Shown: positions 1 to 8,851 of the stretch, one piece after another
Layout: each line of letters begins with the position of its first letter
Position numbering within the stretch: the stretch's first letter is position 1
NCBI GenBank assembly: GCA_964487375.1
Contig: CAZAQA010000012.1
Location: forward strand, 26,313-90,312
Direction: 5' to 3'
Source of the DNA: an uncultured Anaerolineae bacterium
Lineage (GTDB): Bacteria; Chloroflexota; Anaerolineae; JAADDB01
DNA length: 64,000 bases
The notes under the pieces: model-generated
Database searches by the model: none
Told to the model about the DNA's origin: nothing
Seen by the model: only the letters and a program-made list of their open reading frames with translations
Program-made: the position numbers and the translations under genes

Positions 1-2
1 CA

Positions 3-1478
3 CTCCTGGTCGCCGTCTTACTCCTTGGTGTCCTTTCCGCGTGTGCCACCCCAACCCCCAAAGTGGTGAAAGAGGTGGTCACTAAAGAGGTAGAAAAAGT
101 AGTTACCAAGGAAGTCGAAAAAGTGATCACCAAAGAGGTGGAAAAGGTGGTCACTAAGGAGGTGGAAAAAGTAGTTACCAAGGAAGTACAAGTCAAACCG
201 TCGACCGTGATCGAGTTCTGGACCACGGACAACGAGGAGAATCGAGTCAAACGTTACGAAGAGGTTGCAGCTCGTTATATGAAGCTCCATCCAGAGGTGG
301 AGATTCGCATCGTTCCCATCGACGAGGCAACAATTAGTCAGCGCATCGCTACAGCTCGGGCAGCGAACCGCTTGCCCGATATCGTACGCATGGGGGTGGA
401 ACGTGTAGCCGCTTTCGCTGCCGACGGCATCCTGGATGAAAATGCGGCAACGGCGACGATCGATGCTATTGGTAAGAGTGACTTTCGTGCCGGCCCTCTT
501 CACATGGTTACGGATCCGACCACAGGCAAATATGCGGCCATTCCCTTCGACGGCTGGATCCAGGCTATCTGGTATCGGTCAGATGTGTTCAAGAAGCTGA
601 ACTTGAAGCCCCCCGTCTCCTGGGACGACATCAACGCCGCGTGCGATACCTTGCCCGGCAAAGAAAATCTTCTTTACGCCCTGGTGCTCCCAACGGATCC
701 GGGGCAGAACTACCCTCACCAGGTATTCGAACAGGTCGCCATGTCCAATAATGCCTGGCCTTTCGACAAGAACGGCAACGTGACCATGAACACGCCCGAA
801 ATGGTGGAGGCTCTTCGTTTTTACACCCGCCTGCAACGCTGTGCAATGCCTGGCCCTCAATACTGGCGGGGCGCTCGTGAAGCCTATGAATTGGGCCAGT
901 CTGGCATGCTCTTCTATTCCACCTATATCATGGATGACTTGGTCGAGGGATCTGGCAAACAAGGGGGCGGCAAGGTGCAAATCGCTATACCTGACCTGGC
1001 CAAGAAATCCGGCTTTGCTCCCACAATGAAGGGCCCGAAAGGTGAAGCGACCTACGGCCAGTTGGTGACGCTGGCCATCATGAAGGGAGCGGACCCCACC
1101 GCTCAAGATGTGGTCAAGTTTTTCATGACCGACAAGAATTATCAGGATATTCTGGCCCTGGCTCCGTTCGGCAAGGTACCGGTGCTGAAGAGCGCCGTGA
1201 ACGGTTGGAAAGGCCTCAGCAAGTACTTCAAGTACTATAGCCCCGAGACCTTAGACCAGATTGCCAACGGGTACGAAACCATGCAACGATGGCTCTTCCG
1301 CCCAGATTACAATGCGGTTGAGCGTGCGACCATTGGGGATATCGAAGGACGCTTACTTATCCCTCAGGTGATTTCTAACATTGCCCTCGAGGGGTCAATG
1401 ACGCCAGAAGAAGGAGCTCAGTGGCTTCAAGAGCAAGTCCAACAGATCTACAAAGAGCGTATGAGTCAGTCTAAGTAG
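3..1478 (+). CDS. Sugar ABC transporter substrate-binding lipoprotein (family 1 SBP, YcjN-like); 5' end truncated by window edge
   Basis: The frame is open from base 3: LLVAVLLLGVLSA-C-ATPTPK (lipobox Cys at 42-44), then a VTKEVEKV repeat stalk. The SBP_bac_1 body has TPEMVEAL, YSTYI and YGQLVTL segments recalling E. coli YcjN. Two permeases follow. Confidence 0.9.
   Translation, partial: LLVAVLLLGVLSACATPTPKVVKEVVTKEVEKVVTKEVEKVITKEVEKVVTKEVEKVVTKEVQVKPSTVIEFWTTDNEENRVKRYEEVAARYMKLHPEVEIRIVPIDEATISQRIATARAANRLPDIVRMGVERVAAFAADGILDENAATATIDAIGKSDFRAGPLHMVTDPTTGKYAAIPFDGWIQAIWYRSDVFKKLNLKPPVSWDDINAACDTLPGKENLLYALVLPTDPGQNYPHQVFEQVAMSNNAWPFDKNGNVTMNTPEMVEALRFYTRLQRCAMPGPQYWRGAREAYELGQSGMLFYSTYIMDDLVEGSGKQGGGKVQIAIPDLAKKSGFAPTMKGPKGEATYGQLVTLAIMKGADPTAQDVVKFFMTDKNYQDILALAPFGKVPVLKSAVNGWKGLSKYFKYYSPETLDQIANGYETMQRWLFRPDYNAVERATIGDIEGRLLIPQVISNIALEGSMTPEEGAQWLQEQVQQIYKERMSQSK
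75..194 (+). repeat. Five in-frame 24-bp tandem units encoding V(V/I)TKEVEK
   Basis: Units gtggtcactaaagaggtagaaaaa / gtagttaccaaggaagtcgaaaaa / gtgatcaccaaagaggtggaaaag / gtggtcactaaggaggtggaaaaa / gtagttaccaaggaagtacaagtc. Confidence 0.95.
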
Positions 1479-1500
1479 CGTCTGATTCCTGTACGTTCGG

Positions 1501-1534
1501 TCTGGTGGGGGGCGCCCTTGCGCCCCCCACCAGA
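1501..1534 (+). terminator. Perfect 15-bp GC-rich stem-loop after the SBP gene (mRNA stabiliser or attenuator)
   Basis: tctggtggggggcgc-cctt-gcgccccccaccaga, about 20 nt after the stop codon. It has no U-tract. Confidence 0.7.
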
Positions 1535-1607
1535 TGATCGTCACGAACGATCCCAAGACACAACCGGTTTATCGGAGCAACGTGCCCTTTCGTGATGAGG
1601 GAGCCCC

Positions 1608-2543
1608 ATGAACACTCGAACGCGTTGGAACTCGCTGCGCTCTCAGGAAGCCCGCCTGGGCTGGCTCCTGGTGGCCCCTACAGCAATTATCGTTTTCGGA
1701 CTAATTCTTTTCCCCGCCCTTTTCAGCGTTTGGATTAGTGTCCATCAGGTGGGGTTGAACAACCTGAACGACGTCTTTCATGCTCCCTACGTAGGGCTGC
1801 GGAACTTTACCCTCGTCTTCAATGACTTCGCTTTTAAGTACCACAATCTTGCCAACATGGGGGCTTTGGTCACGACCATTGTATATTCGTTCGCGGCAAC
1901 AGCGCTGGCTGTCCTTCTGGGTTTGACAGCGGCCTTACTCCTTAACCGTCCTTTTTACGCTCGCGGTGTGGCCCGTTCGCTCCTCTTATTTCCCTACGTC
2001 GCGCCTATTGTGAGCGTGGCTTATGTGTGGCGTTGGATGCTTGACCCACGCCCCTCGGGGGTTATCAATGACCTTCTTATCCGCATGGGGGTACTCCAGC
2101 GCCCGGTAGCCTTCCTCGCCCAGCGGGGGATAGCCCTTCTCTTGGTCATCATCTTCGATGGTTGGCGCTATTTCCCCTTCGCCATGCTCATGCTCTTGGC
2201 CCGCTTGCAAGCGGTGGACCGCACCCTCTACGAAGCAGCAGAGGTCGACGGAGCCAACAATTGGCAGAAATTCCGCCACATTACCTTGCCAGAATTACGG
2301 TATGTGCTGGGAGCAGTGTTCCTCCTCCGCTTGATCTGGACGTTCAACAAGTTTGACGATATCTTTCTGCTCACTGGCGGTGGGTTTGGCACCCGAGTGC
2401 TCCCCGTCCTTGTCTATCAGTTCAGCTTCCGCACCTACAATTTTGGTAAAGGCGCCGCGGCAGCCATGATCCTAGTCGTCAGCCTGGTCGTTTTCATCGC
2501 CTTCTACGTCCAGTTTGTCATGCGCCAGACAGAGGAGGAATGA
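1608..2543 (+). CDS. Carbohydrate ABC transporter permease (MalF/YcjO-like)
   Basis: Multiple TM segments and the EAA motif LYEAAEVDGANNWQKFRHITLP. Confidence 0.92.
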   Translation: MNTRTRWNSLRSQEARLGWLLVAPTAIIVFGLILFPALFSVWISVHQVGLNNLNDVFHAPYVGLRNFTLVFNDFAFKYHNLANMGALVTTIVYSFAATALAVLLGLTAALLLNRPFYARGVARSLLLFPYVAPIVSVAYVWRWMLDPRPSGVINDLLIRMGVLQRPVAFLAQRGIALLLVIIFDGWRYFPFAMLMLLARLQAVDRTLYEAAEVDGANNWQKFRHITLPELRYVLGAVFLLRLIWTFNKFDDIFLLTGGGFGTRVLPVLVYQFSFRTYNFGKGAAAAMILVVSLVVFIAFYVQFVMRQTEEE

Positions 2544-2546
2544 GCC

Positions 2547-3452
2547 ATGAAGAATCCCGATCGTCCCATGACGCTCGTCGAGCACCTGAGAGCGCGCATG
2601 TCTCCGGGCCAGGTCGTCTTCGCCTTAGGACTAACGTTTTTCTTGGGAAGTGTACTCTTCCCTTTCTATTGGATGGTCGCCTCCTCCTTCAAAACTCAAG
2701 CTGAAATCGCCGGTCGTCACCCCGTGTACATTCCACACGCCCTCCGCATGGAGGCGTACAAGGAGTTGTTTGACCCATCCCACCCTCATTTTCAGGACTT
2801 CGCCCTCAACATCATGAACAGCCTCAAGGTTTCTCTGCCGACAGCCTTTATCGCGGTCATCCTTTCGGTCATGGGAGCTTATGCGATTGCCCGACTACAT
2901 TTTCGTGGCAAGGAGGCTCTCCTTAACGGGGTCCTGGCCGTCTACCTCATCCCCGGCGTCTTGCTCATTATCCCGCTTTTTGCTATGCTGGCTAACTTGG
3001 GAAGTAAACTAGGATTTGAAGTTCAGGATAATCTGTCGGTGCTGATCGTCACTTATCTTTCACAAACGCTACCTGTTGCTCTTTACATGCTGACCAACTA
3101 TTTTCGTACCATCCCAGACGAGATCGAGAAAGCCGCGCTCATCGACGGGTGCAGTCGGGTGGGCGTTATCTGGCGAGTGACTATCCCCCTTTCCATCCCG
3201 GCGTTGGTCTCTGTCTTTGTATACACGTTTATGATTGCGTGGAACGAATTCCTCTACGCGCTGGTCTTTCTCAACAGTCGTACAAAATTCACCATGCCCA
3301 TCAAGATACAAGCGATCTTCAACGACCCGGATCCACGACCCCACGTCGTTATGGCGGCCTCAACCATCATGACCATACCGGTTGTCATCCTGTTTCTCAT
3401 CCTGGAACGCTACCTCGAAGAAGGGCTGACAGCAGGAGGTGTAAAAGGGTAA
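2547..3452 (+). CDS. Carbohydrate ABC transporter permease (MalG/YcjP-like)
   Basis: EAA motif IEKAALIDGCSRVGVIWRVTIP and AWNEFLYAL. Confidence 0.92.
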   Translation: MKNPDRPMTLVEHLRARMSPGQVVFALGLTFFLGSVLFPFYWMVASSFKTQAEIAGRHPVYIPHALRMEAYKELFDPSHPHFQDFALNIMNSLKVSLPTAFIAVILSVMGAYAIARLHFRGKEALLNGVLAVYLIPGVLLIIPLFAMLANLGSKLGFEVQDNLSVLIVTYLSQTLPVALYMLTNYFRTIPDEIEKAALIDGCSRVGVIWRVTIPLSIPALVSVFVYTFMIAWNEFLYALVFLNSRTKFTMPIKIQAIFNDPDPRPHVVMAASTIMTIPVVILFLILERYLEEGLTAGGVKG

Positions 3453-3453
3453 T

Positions 3454-4731
3454 ATGCACATTGGCTTTGTGAGCACACGGCTGGCAGGCACCGATGGCGT
3501 TTCTCTGGAGACAGGGAAATGGGCCACGATCTTCAAGCGTTTGGGCCATCGGGTTTTCTATTGCGCGGGAGAGCTCGATCCTGACGGCCCGCCGGGCATG
3601 CTGGTCCCTAAAATGCACTTTCAGCACCCGGAAATTGAATGGATCCACGCCCATGCTTTTGGTACCACCACACCTACACCGGATCTCTATGAACGTATCC
3701 GGGTGGTTGCGACGGAACTGCGCGATTATTTGGAGCGCTTCTTGGACGCCTTCAAAATTGATGTCCTGATTGCTGAAAATGCTCTGGCCATTCCCATGAA
3801 CATACCTCTCGGAGTGGCCTTGCGCGATACGGTCACCGATGCCCAGGTTCCGGTCATCGGGCATCATCATGATTTTTACTGGGAACGAGAACGCTTTCTG
3901 GTCAACTGCATTCAGGACATTCTCGATACAAGCTTCCCCCCCAATGCGCCCAACCTATGCCATGTGACCATCAGCAAAAGCGCCCAGAAAAGCCTGGAAG
4001 AACGTCGGGGTTTGGAAAGTGAGGTCGTCCCAAACATTTTTGACTTCACCCGTGCCGCTCCTGGTCTGTCTGTATTCAGCCGGGACCTGAGAACAGCGTT
4101 AGGCCTTACAGATGACCACCTGTTTATTCTGCAGCCCACCCGCGTCGTGCGCCGTAAAGGCATCGAGCTCTCCATTGAACTCGTGCGCCGTTTACGAGAG
4201 CCTCACCATCGCCAACGGTTGTTGGGTAAGGAACCGGTGCTGGTGATTACTCACCGGGCCGGAGACGAGGGCGTGGAGTATTTAGAAGAACTCGAGCAAA
4301 AGGCCAAAGAAGTCCAAGTGCCCCTTCTTTACGCAGCCACCCGTTTCGGACCACGTTCCCGCAGGGAAGGGACACAAAAGATCTACTCTCTTTGGGATGC
4401 CTACGTCCATGCAGATTTTGTCACGTATCCAAGCCGTTATGAAGGCTTTGGTAATGCCCTTCTGGAAAGCATTTACTTTCGTTTGCCCACTCTCGTGAAT
4501 CGCTACAGCGTTTACGTCACGGACATCTCCCCTGTCGGATTCGACCTGATAGAGATCGACGGTAGGATCACAGACGAAACTGTAGAGTCCAGCATACAGG
4601 CCGTCATCGATCCTGTGCGCCGTCGACGTATGGTTGAATATAATTACTATCTGGCTATGCATCACTTTTCCTATGAAGCTATAATGCCTAAATTGCAGCG
4701 ACTTTTGACCATATGTCTGGCACAACGATGA
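3454..4731 (+). CDS. GT4 glycosyltransferase, mannosylglucosylglycerate-synthase-like (copy 1)
   Basis: IGFVSTRLAGTDGVSLE N-terminus, HHHDFYWERER, QPTRVVRRKGIE and YPSRYEGFGNA (GT-B EX7E motif). Starts 1 nt after the permease stop. Confidence 0.8.
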   Translation: MHIGFVSTRLAGTDGVSLETGKWATIFKRLGHRVFYCAGELDPDGPPGMLVPKMHFQHPEIEWIHAHAFGTTTPTPDLYERIRVVATELRDYLERFLDAFKIDVLIAENALAIPMNIPLGVALRDTVTDAQVPVIGHHHDFYWERERFLVNCIQDILDTSFPPNAPNLCHVTISKSAQKSLEERRGLESEVVPNIFDFTRAAPGLSVFSRDLRTALGLTDDHLFILQPTRVVRRKGIELSIELVRRLREPHHRQRLLGKEPVLVITHRAGDEGVEYLEELEQKAKEVQVPLLYAATRFGPRSRREGTQKIYSLWDAYVHADFVTYPSRYEGFGNALLESIYFRLPTLVNRYSVYVTDISPVGFDLIEIDGRITDETVESSIQAVIDPVRRRRMVEYNYYLAMHHFSYEAIMPKLQRLLTICLAQR

Positions 4732-6215
4732 TGGAGAGGCAAATTCAAGGAACAATCCGCCGCGACATGCCGGAACCTCTTCACGCCCAGCTAAAGGCGT
4801 TTATCCGCGAGGCTATCGAAGCAGGGCGATTGGCTCCGGGTGACCGGTTGCCCACAGAGCAGCAATTTTGTCGCCAATTCGGGCTCAGCCGTACACCTGT
4901 GCGCCAGGCTCTGCACGACCTGGTCCAGGAAGGGTTGCTCGTCCGCTTCCCCGGGCGGGGCACGTTCGTCGCCCAGCCTACATCCCGTTCCTCACACGAT
5001 CATACGCTCAAGTTGCGCGCGGTGACCGAACCGGAGTGGGCGCCGCCCTTGCAACAGGCGGCCCTCCTTTGGAACCAAGCTCACCCTCATCAACGCATCC
5101 AACTGGCTATTGAAGAGATTTCTTATCCGCGCTTGCGAGCGTATCTCATGGATCAGGTGGCTCAAGGCATTGCCCCGGATCTCTCTTTGCTGGACTCGGC
5201 CTGGGTGGCAGAATTCTCAGAATTGGGGTACTTGCTCTCCCCGGATGATATCACGTCCCACTGGGAGGAGCGGCATGCACACGCGTTGCTCGAGACCTCT
5301 TTGAGTGCCAACCGTTACCAAAATCGCCTCATGGCCATCCCCGCAAGCGTTGATATCAGCGTTCTCTGGTATCGTCGCGATTGGTTCGAAGCCGAAGAAC
5401 TTTCCCCCCCACACGATTGGGATGCGCTGGTGGCCACTGCACGACATTTCCAACGCGCAGAGGTGTCCATTCGCTACGGACAGGATACTCATGGTCTGAT
5501 CTTCGTCGCGGGTCAACGCGGCGGCGAGACAACCACTTACCAGTTGCTTCCCTTGTTGTGGGGGGCCGGGAGTGGTCTCATCTCAGGAGGTCACGTCGTG
5601 TTAGACCAGGAGGGGACTCGACGTTTCCTCACCTATCTCCACGCCTTGATTTATGAGCATCGAATTACACCGCCTGATGTCATTGGGTATAAGTGGGACC
5701 AGGCTGCACGCATCTTTGCTCGGCGTCAAGCGGTCATGGCCCTGGGGGGGCTCTACGAAATTCAGTTCATGTGCCAGGAGCGAGGGTGGGGAGAACAAGA
5801 ATTCTTGCAACGAGTGGGCATCGCACCGATTCCCGCCGGGCCAGCCGGACAATACGGCACCCTTGGCGGCATGTCTTACGCCATTTACCGCCAATCACAA
5901 CATCCCGACATTGCCCTCTCTCTCCTGGAAATGACCGCTCATCCTGAAGTCGTGCGGCTTTACTGGCGGAATACCCGTCACCATACCCCTTGGCTCACCG
6001 TACGTCCTACGCCGCGTGTTTCTCCTTTCCTGGCTGCAACCGCCCACGTTCTACAGTACGGACGTCCGCGTCCTTCTATTCCCGAATACACACGTGTGTC
6101 CGAGCAGTTCCGATGGTTGGTGGAAGAAGCTTTGCGTGGTCAGACAAATTTTGATATGCTCATTATGAGGGCTGCGGATCGAATCGCTGCTATCACACGA
6201 CTGCCGTTAACGTAA
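4728..6215 (+). CDS. GntR-family regulator fused to a cytoplasmic family-1 solute-binding domain
   Basis: N-terminal wHTH (PLHAQL...LPTEQQFCRQFGLSRTPVRQAL...GRGTFV), then an SBP_bac_1-like body (PDLSLLD, LWYRRDWF, PPHDWDAL). No signal peptide. Start placed at the ATGA overlap at 4728. Confidence 0.85.
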   Translation: MMERQIQGTIRRDMPEPLHAQLKAFIREAIEAGRLAPGDRLPTEQQFCRQFGLSRTPVRQALHDLVQEGLLVRFPGRGTFVAQPTSRSSHDHTLKLRAVTEPEWAPPLQQAALLWNQAHPHQRIQLAIEEISYPRLRAYLMDQVAQGIAPDLSLLDSAWVAEFSELGYLLSPDDITSHWEERHAHALLETSLSANRYQNRLMAIPASVDISVLWYRRDWFEAEELSPPHDWDALVATARHFQRAEVSIRYGQDTHGLIFVAGQRGGETTTYQLLPLLWGAGSGLISGGHVVLDQEGTRRFLTYLHALIYEHRITPPDVIGYKWDQAARIFARRQAVMALGGLYEIQFMCQERGWGEQEFLQRVGIAPIPAGPAGQYGTLGGMSYAIYRQSQHPDIALSLLEMTAHPEVVRLYWRNTRHHTPWLTVRPTPRVSPFLAATAHVLQYGRPRPSIPEYTRVSEQFRWLVEEALRGQTNFDMLIMRAADRIAAITRLPLT

Positions 6216-6304
6216 CGTCTGGCTCGCAGCGACACTGAACGAGGTCACCCGATAGGTACGCCATCAACCACGGCCGAACGGCCATACGTTACCAAATAGG
6301 AGGG

Positions 6305-7570
6305 ATGGATATGCCCCGCAAAGCGCGAATCGGTTTCGTCTCCACCCGTTTGGCAGGCACGGACGGGGTTTCTCTGGAAGTTATGAAGTGGGATCAGGTC
6401 CTGGCAGAGATGGGACATGAGCGTTTTTATTTTGCTGGGGAGCTCGATTGGCCCGCGGAGCGCAGTTATCTCGTCCCAGAGGCTCATTTCAAACATCCGG
6501 ACATCGAAGCAATTAATCACGATCTCTTTGATGGCTATTGGCGTGCTCCCGAGACTACAGAACAAGTGCGTCGACTTGCCCGTCACCTAAAGCGCCACCT
6601 GCACCGCTTTAGCAAGCAGTTTGGTATTGACGTCCTCATCTGCGAAAACGCGCTCTCTCTTCCTATGAACGTACCGTTGGGATTGGCCCTGACCGAATTC
6701 ATCAGCGAGACGCACATCACCACCGTCGGTCACCATCACGACTTCTACTGGGAACGAGAACGATATGCTGTCAATGCGGCCACCGATTATTTGAAAGCCG
6801 CATTTCCACCCACTCACCCTGCCATCCGCCATGTCGTTATCAACTCTTTCTCCGGACGACAGTTGGCCTTACGTACTGGAGCCAGCTCCTCCCTGATTCC
6901 TAACGTAATGGACTTCGACCACCCTCCTTTGGCTCCAGATGACTACACTGCCGACCTGCGGGGCGTATTAGACATCCCCCCAAACCATGTCTTCGTCCTC
7001 CAGCCGACGCGCATCGTTCCGCGCAAACGGATCGAGCGGGCTATCGAATTGGTGCGCCGCCTGGACATGCCCGCCGTTCTCGTCATTTCTCACGCCTCTG
7101 GAGACGAAGGGGATGCATACGCCCAGTACTTGAGAGAATACGCTCAACTGCTGAATGTACCCATACGATTTGCCTCAGGTTTGTTCGATTACCGGCGTGG
7201 CCAGGCCTCTGATGGAACAAAGATTTATGCCCTGAGCGACGCTTACCAACAAGCGGACTTAGTGACTTATCCTTCTCGCATCGAAGGATTCGGGAATGCC
7301 TTCCTGGAGACGATGTATTATAAGCGGCCTATCGTGATGAGTACCTACGAGATTTTCAAAACAGATATCCGACCCAAAGGGTTCAAGGTGATCGGTTTCG
7401 ACGAGTTTATCGATGACGAGACCGTACTCAAAGCCCGAACGGTTTTGAGGGATCCAGCCGTTGCTCAAGCAATGTTGGAGCACAATTATCAGCTTGGGCG
7501 GCGTTATTATTCTTACCGCACTTTGGAAAAACGACTGGCTGCCCTGATGAGCGAATGCTTTGGCGATTAA
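6305..7570 (+). CDS. GT4 glycosyltransferase, mannosylglucosylglycerate-synthase-like (copy 2)
   Basis: IGFVSTRLAGTDGVSLE, HHHDFYWERER, QPTRIVPRKRIE and YPSRIEGFGNA. Close paralog of 3454-4731. Confidence 0.8.
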   Translation: MDMPRKARIGFVSTRLAGTDGVSLEVMKWDQVLAEMGHERFYFAGELDWPAERSYLVPEAHFKHPDIEAINHDLFDGYWRAPETTEQVRRLARHLKRHLHRFSKQFGIDVLICENALSLPMNVPLGLALTEFISETHITTVGHHHDFYWERERYAVNAATDYLKAAFPPTHPAIRHVVINSFSGRQLALRTGASSSLIPNVMDFDHPPLAPDDYTADLRGVLDIPPNHVFVLQPTRIVPRKRIERAIELVRRLDMPAVLVISHASGDEGDAYAQYLREYAQLLNVPIRFASGLFDYRRGQASDGTKIYALSDAYQQADLVTYPSRIEGFGNAFLETMYYKRPIVMSTYEIFKTDIRPKGFKVIGFDEFIDDETVLKARTVLRDPAVAQAMLEHNYQLGRRYYSYRTLEKRLAALMSECFGD

Positions 7571-7588
7571 CTACCGGGAGCAAGACAC

Positions 7589-8851
7589 ATGCACAAACTG
7601 AGCGTGGCTATTCTTCACTATGCCGGTCCGCCTATCATTGGCGGCGTAGAGCAGACCATCTATCACCACGCTCGCCTGTTAACTGCACGCGAGTACAGAG
7701 TAAAAGTGATCGTGGGACGTGGGGAACCGTTCCACCCTCAAGTCTCCTTTCATCGCCTGGCCGAGATGGACTCCAGACACCCACGTGTGCTGGCCGTCGC
7801 CAAGGCACTTGCTGGAGGGACCGTACCCCCCGATTTTGACTCCCTACGTGATCACCTGGTTCGCTCCCTGCGCCCTCTGCTCGAGTCCGTGGATATTGCC
7901 ATCGTGCACAACGCCTTAACTCTGCACAAGAACATGCCCCTGACTGCAGCTTTGCATGAGATGAGCCGAGGTCAACGCCCCCGCCTCATCGGGTGGTGCC
8001 ACGATTTTGCCTGGAAAGATGACCTCTATACACCTGAAATGCACCCTGGATATCCATGGAATTTACTGCGTACGCCCTGGCCCAGCGTGCGTTATGTCGT
8101 CGTCTCCCAGCATCGTCGTCGGCTTCTGGCCGACCTATTGGGGCTACCACCTACAGAGATCGGCATGATTCCTCCGGGCGTCGATGCAATCGAATTCCTG
8201 AAACTGGAGGAAAAATCTAAGCGTCTGGTCCAGCGCCTTCACCTTCTGGAGGCTGCTCCCCTCCTCCTCCTGCCGGCCCGAATCACGCGCCGCAAGAACA
8301 TTGAAATGGGAATCCGCATCGTAGCGGCGTTGAAAGAACGAATGGACAATCCTGTATTAGTCATTACCGGCCCCCCGGGCCCTCACAACCCGACCAATAT
8401 CGCCTACTTGAACCAACTACACCGTCTCTGCCGAGAACTTGAGGTGGAAGACCGGGTTCATTTTCTGTACGAACAAGGCGGAGAACAGCGGCCTCTTCGG
8501 GTTACTGCTGCCATGATGGGCGATCTGTACCGGCTGGCCGATGCTCTACTTTTCCCTTCCCGCCGCGAGGGGTTTGGGATCCCTGTCCTGGAAGCCGGCT
8601 TGGCCCGCATTCCTATTTTCGCTGCCGACATTCCTCCTGTTCGGGAAAGTGCCGGTCCATGTGCTTATACGTTCGACCCCGACGGCGCGCCTGAGCCCGT
8701 GGCAGACATGATTGCTCGAGTGTTGAAGGAGGGGACTATCTACCCAATGCGCCAACGCGTGTTGCGCCACTTCACCTGGCAACAAATCATCGATGAGCGT
8801 GTCATCCCTCTTCTCATGGAGGTGGCAAGTCATGACTATTCCGCAGGATGA
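7589..8851 (+). CDS. GT4 glycosyltransferase (copy 3, divergent)
   Basis: ILHYAGPPIIGGVE, WCHDFAW, PARITRRKNIE and FPSRREGFGIPVLEA. Confidence 0.8.
   Translation: MHKLSVAILHYAGPPIIGGVEQTIYHHARLLTAREYRVKVIVGRGEPFHPQVSFHRLAEMDSRHPRVLAVAKALAGGTVPPDFDSLRDHLVRSLRPLLESVDIAIVHNALTLHKNMPLTAALHEMSRGQRPRLIGWCHDFAWKDDLYTPEMHPGYPWNLLRTPWPSVRYVVVSQHRRRLLADLLGLPPTEIGMIPPGVDAIEFLKLEEKSKRLVQRLHLLEAAPLLLLPARITRRKNIEMGIRIVAALKERMDNPVLVITGPPGPHNPTNIAYLNQLHRLCRELEVEDRVHFLYEQGGEQRPLRVTAAMMGDLYRLADALLFPSRREGFGIPVLEAGLARIPIFAADIPPVRESAGPCAYTFDPDGAPEPVADMIARVLKEGTIYPMRQRVLRHFTWQQIIDERVIPLLMEVASHDYSAG

Noticed and set aside
18-503. 161-aa minus-strand ORF with repeated FHLFGDHFF-like units
   Set aside because: It is the antisense shadow of the VTKEVEKV repeat in the SBP gene. 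It has no SD and no independent family signal.
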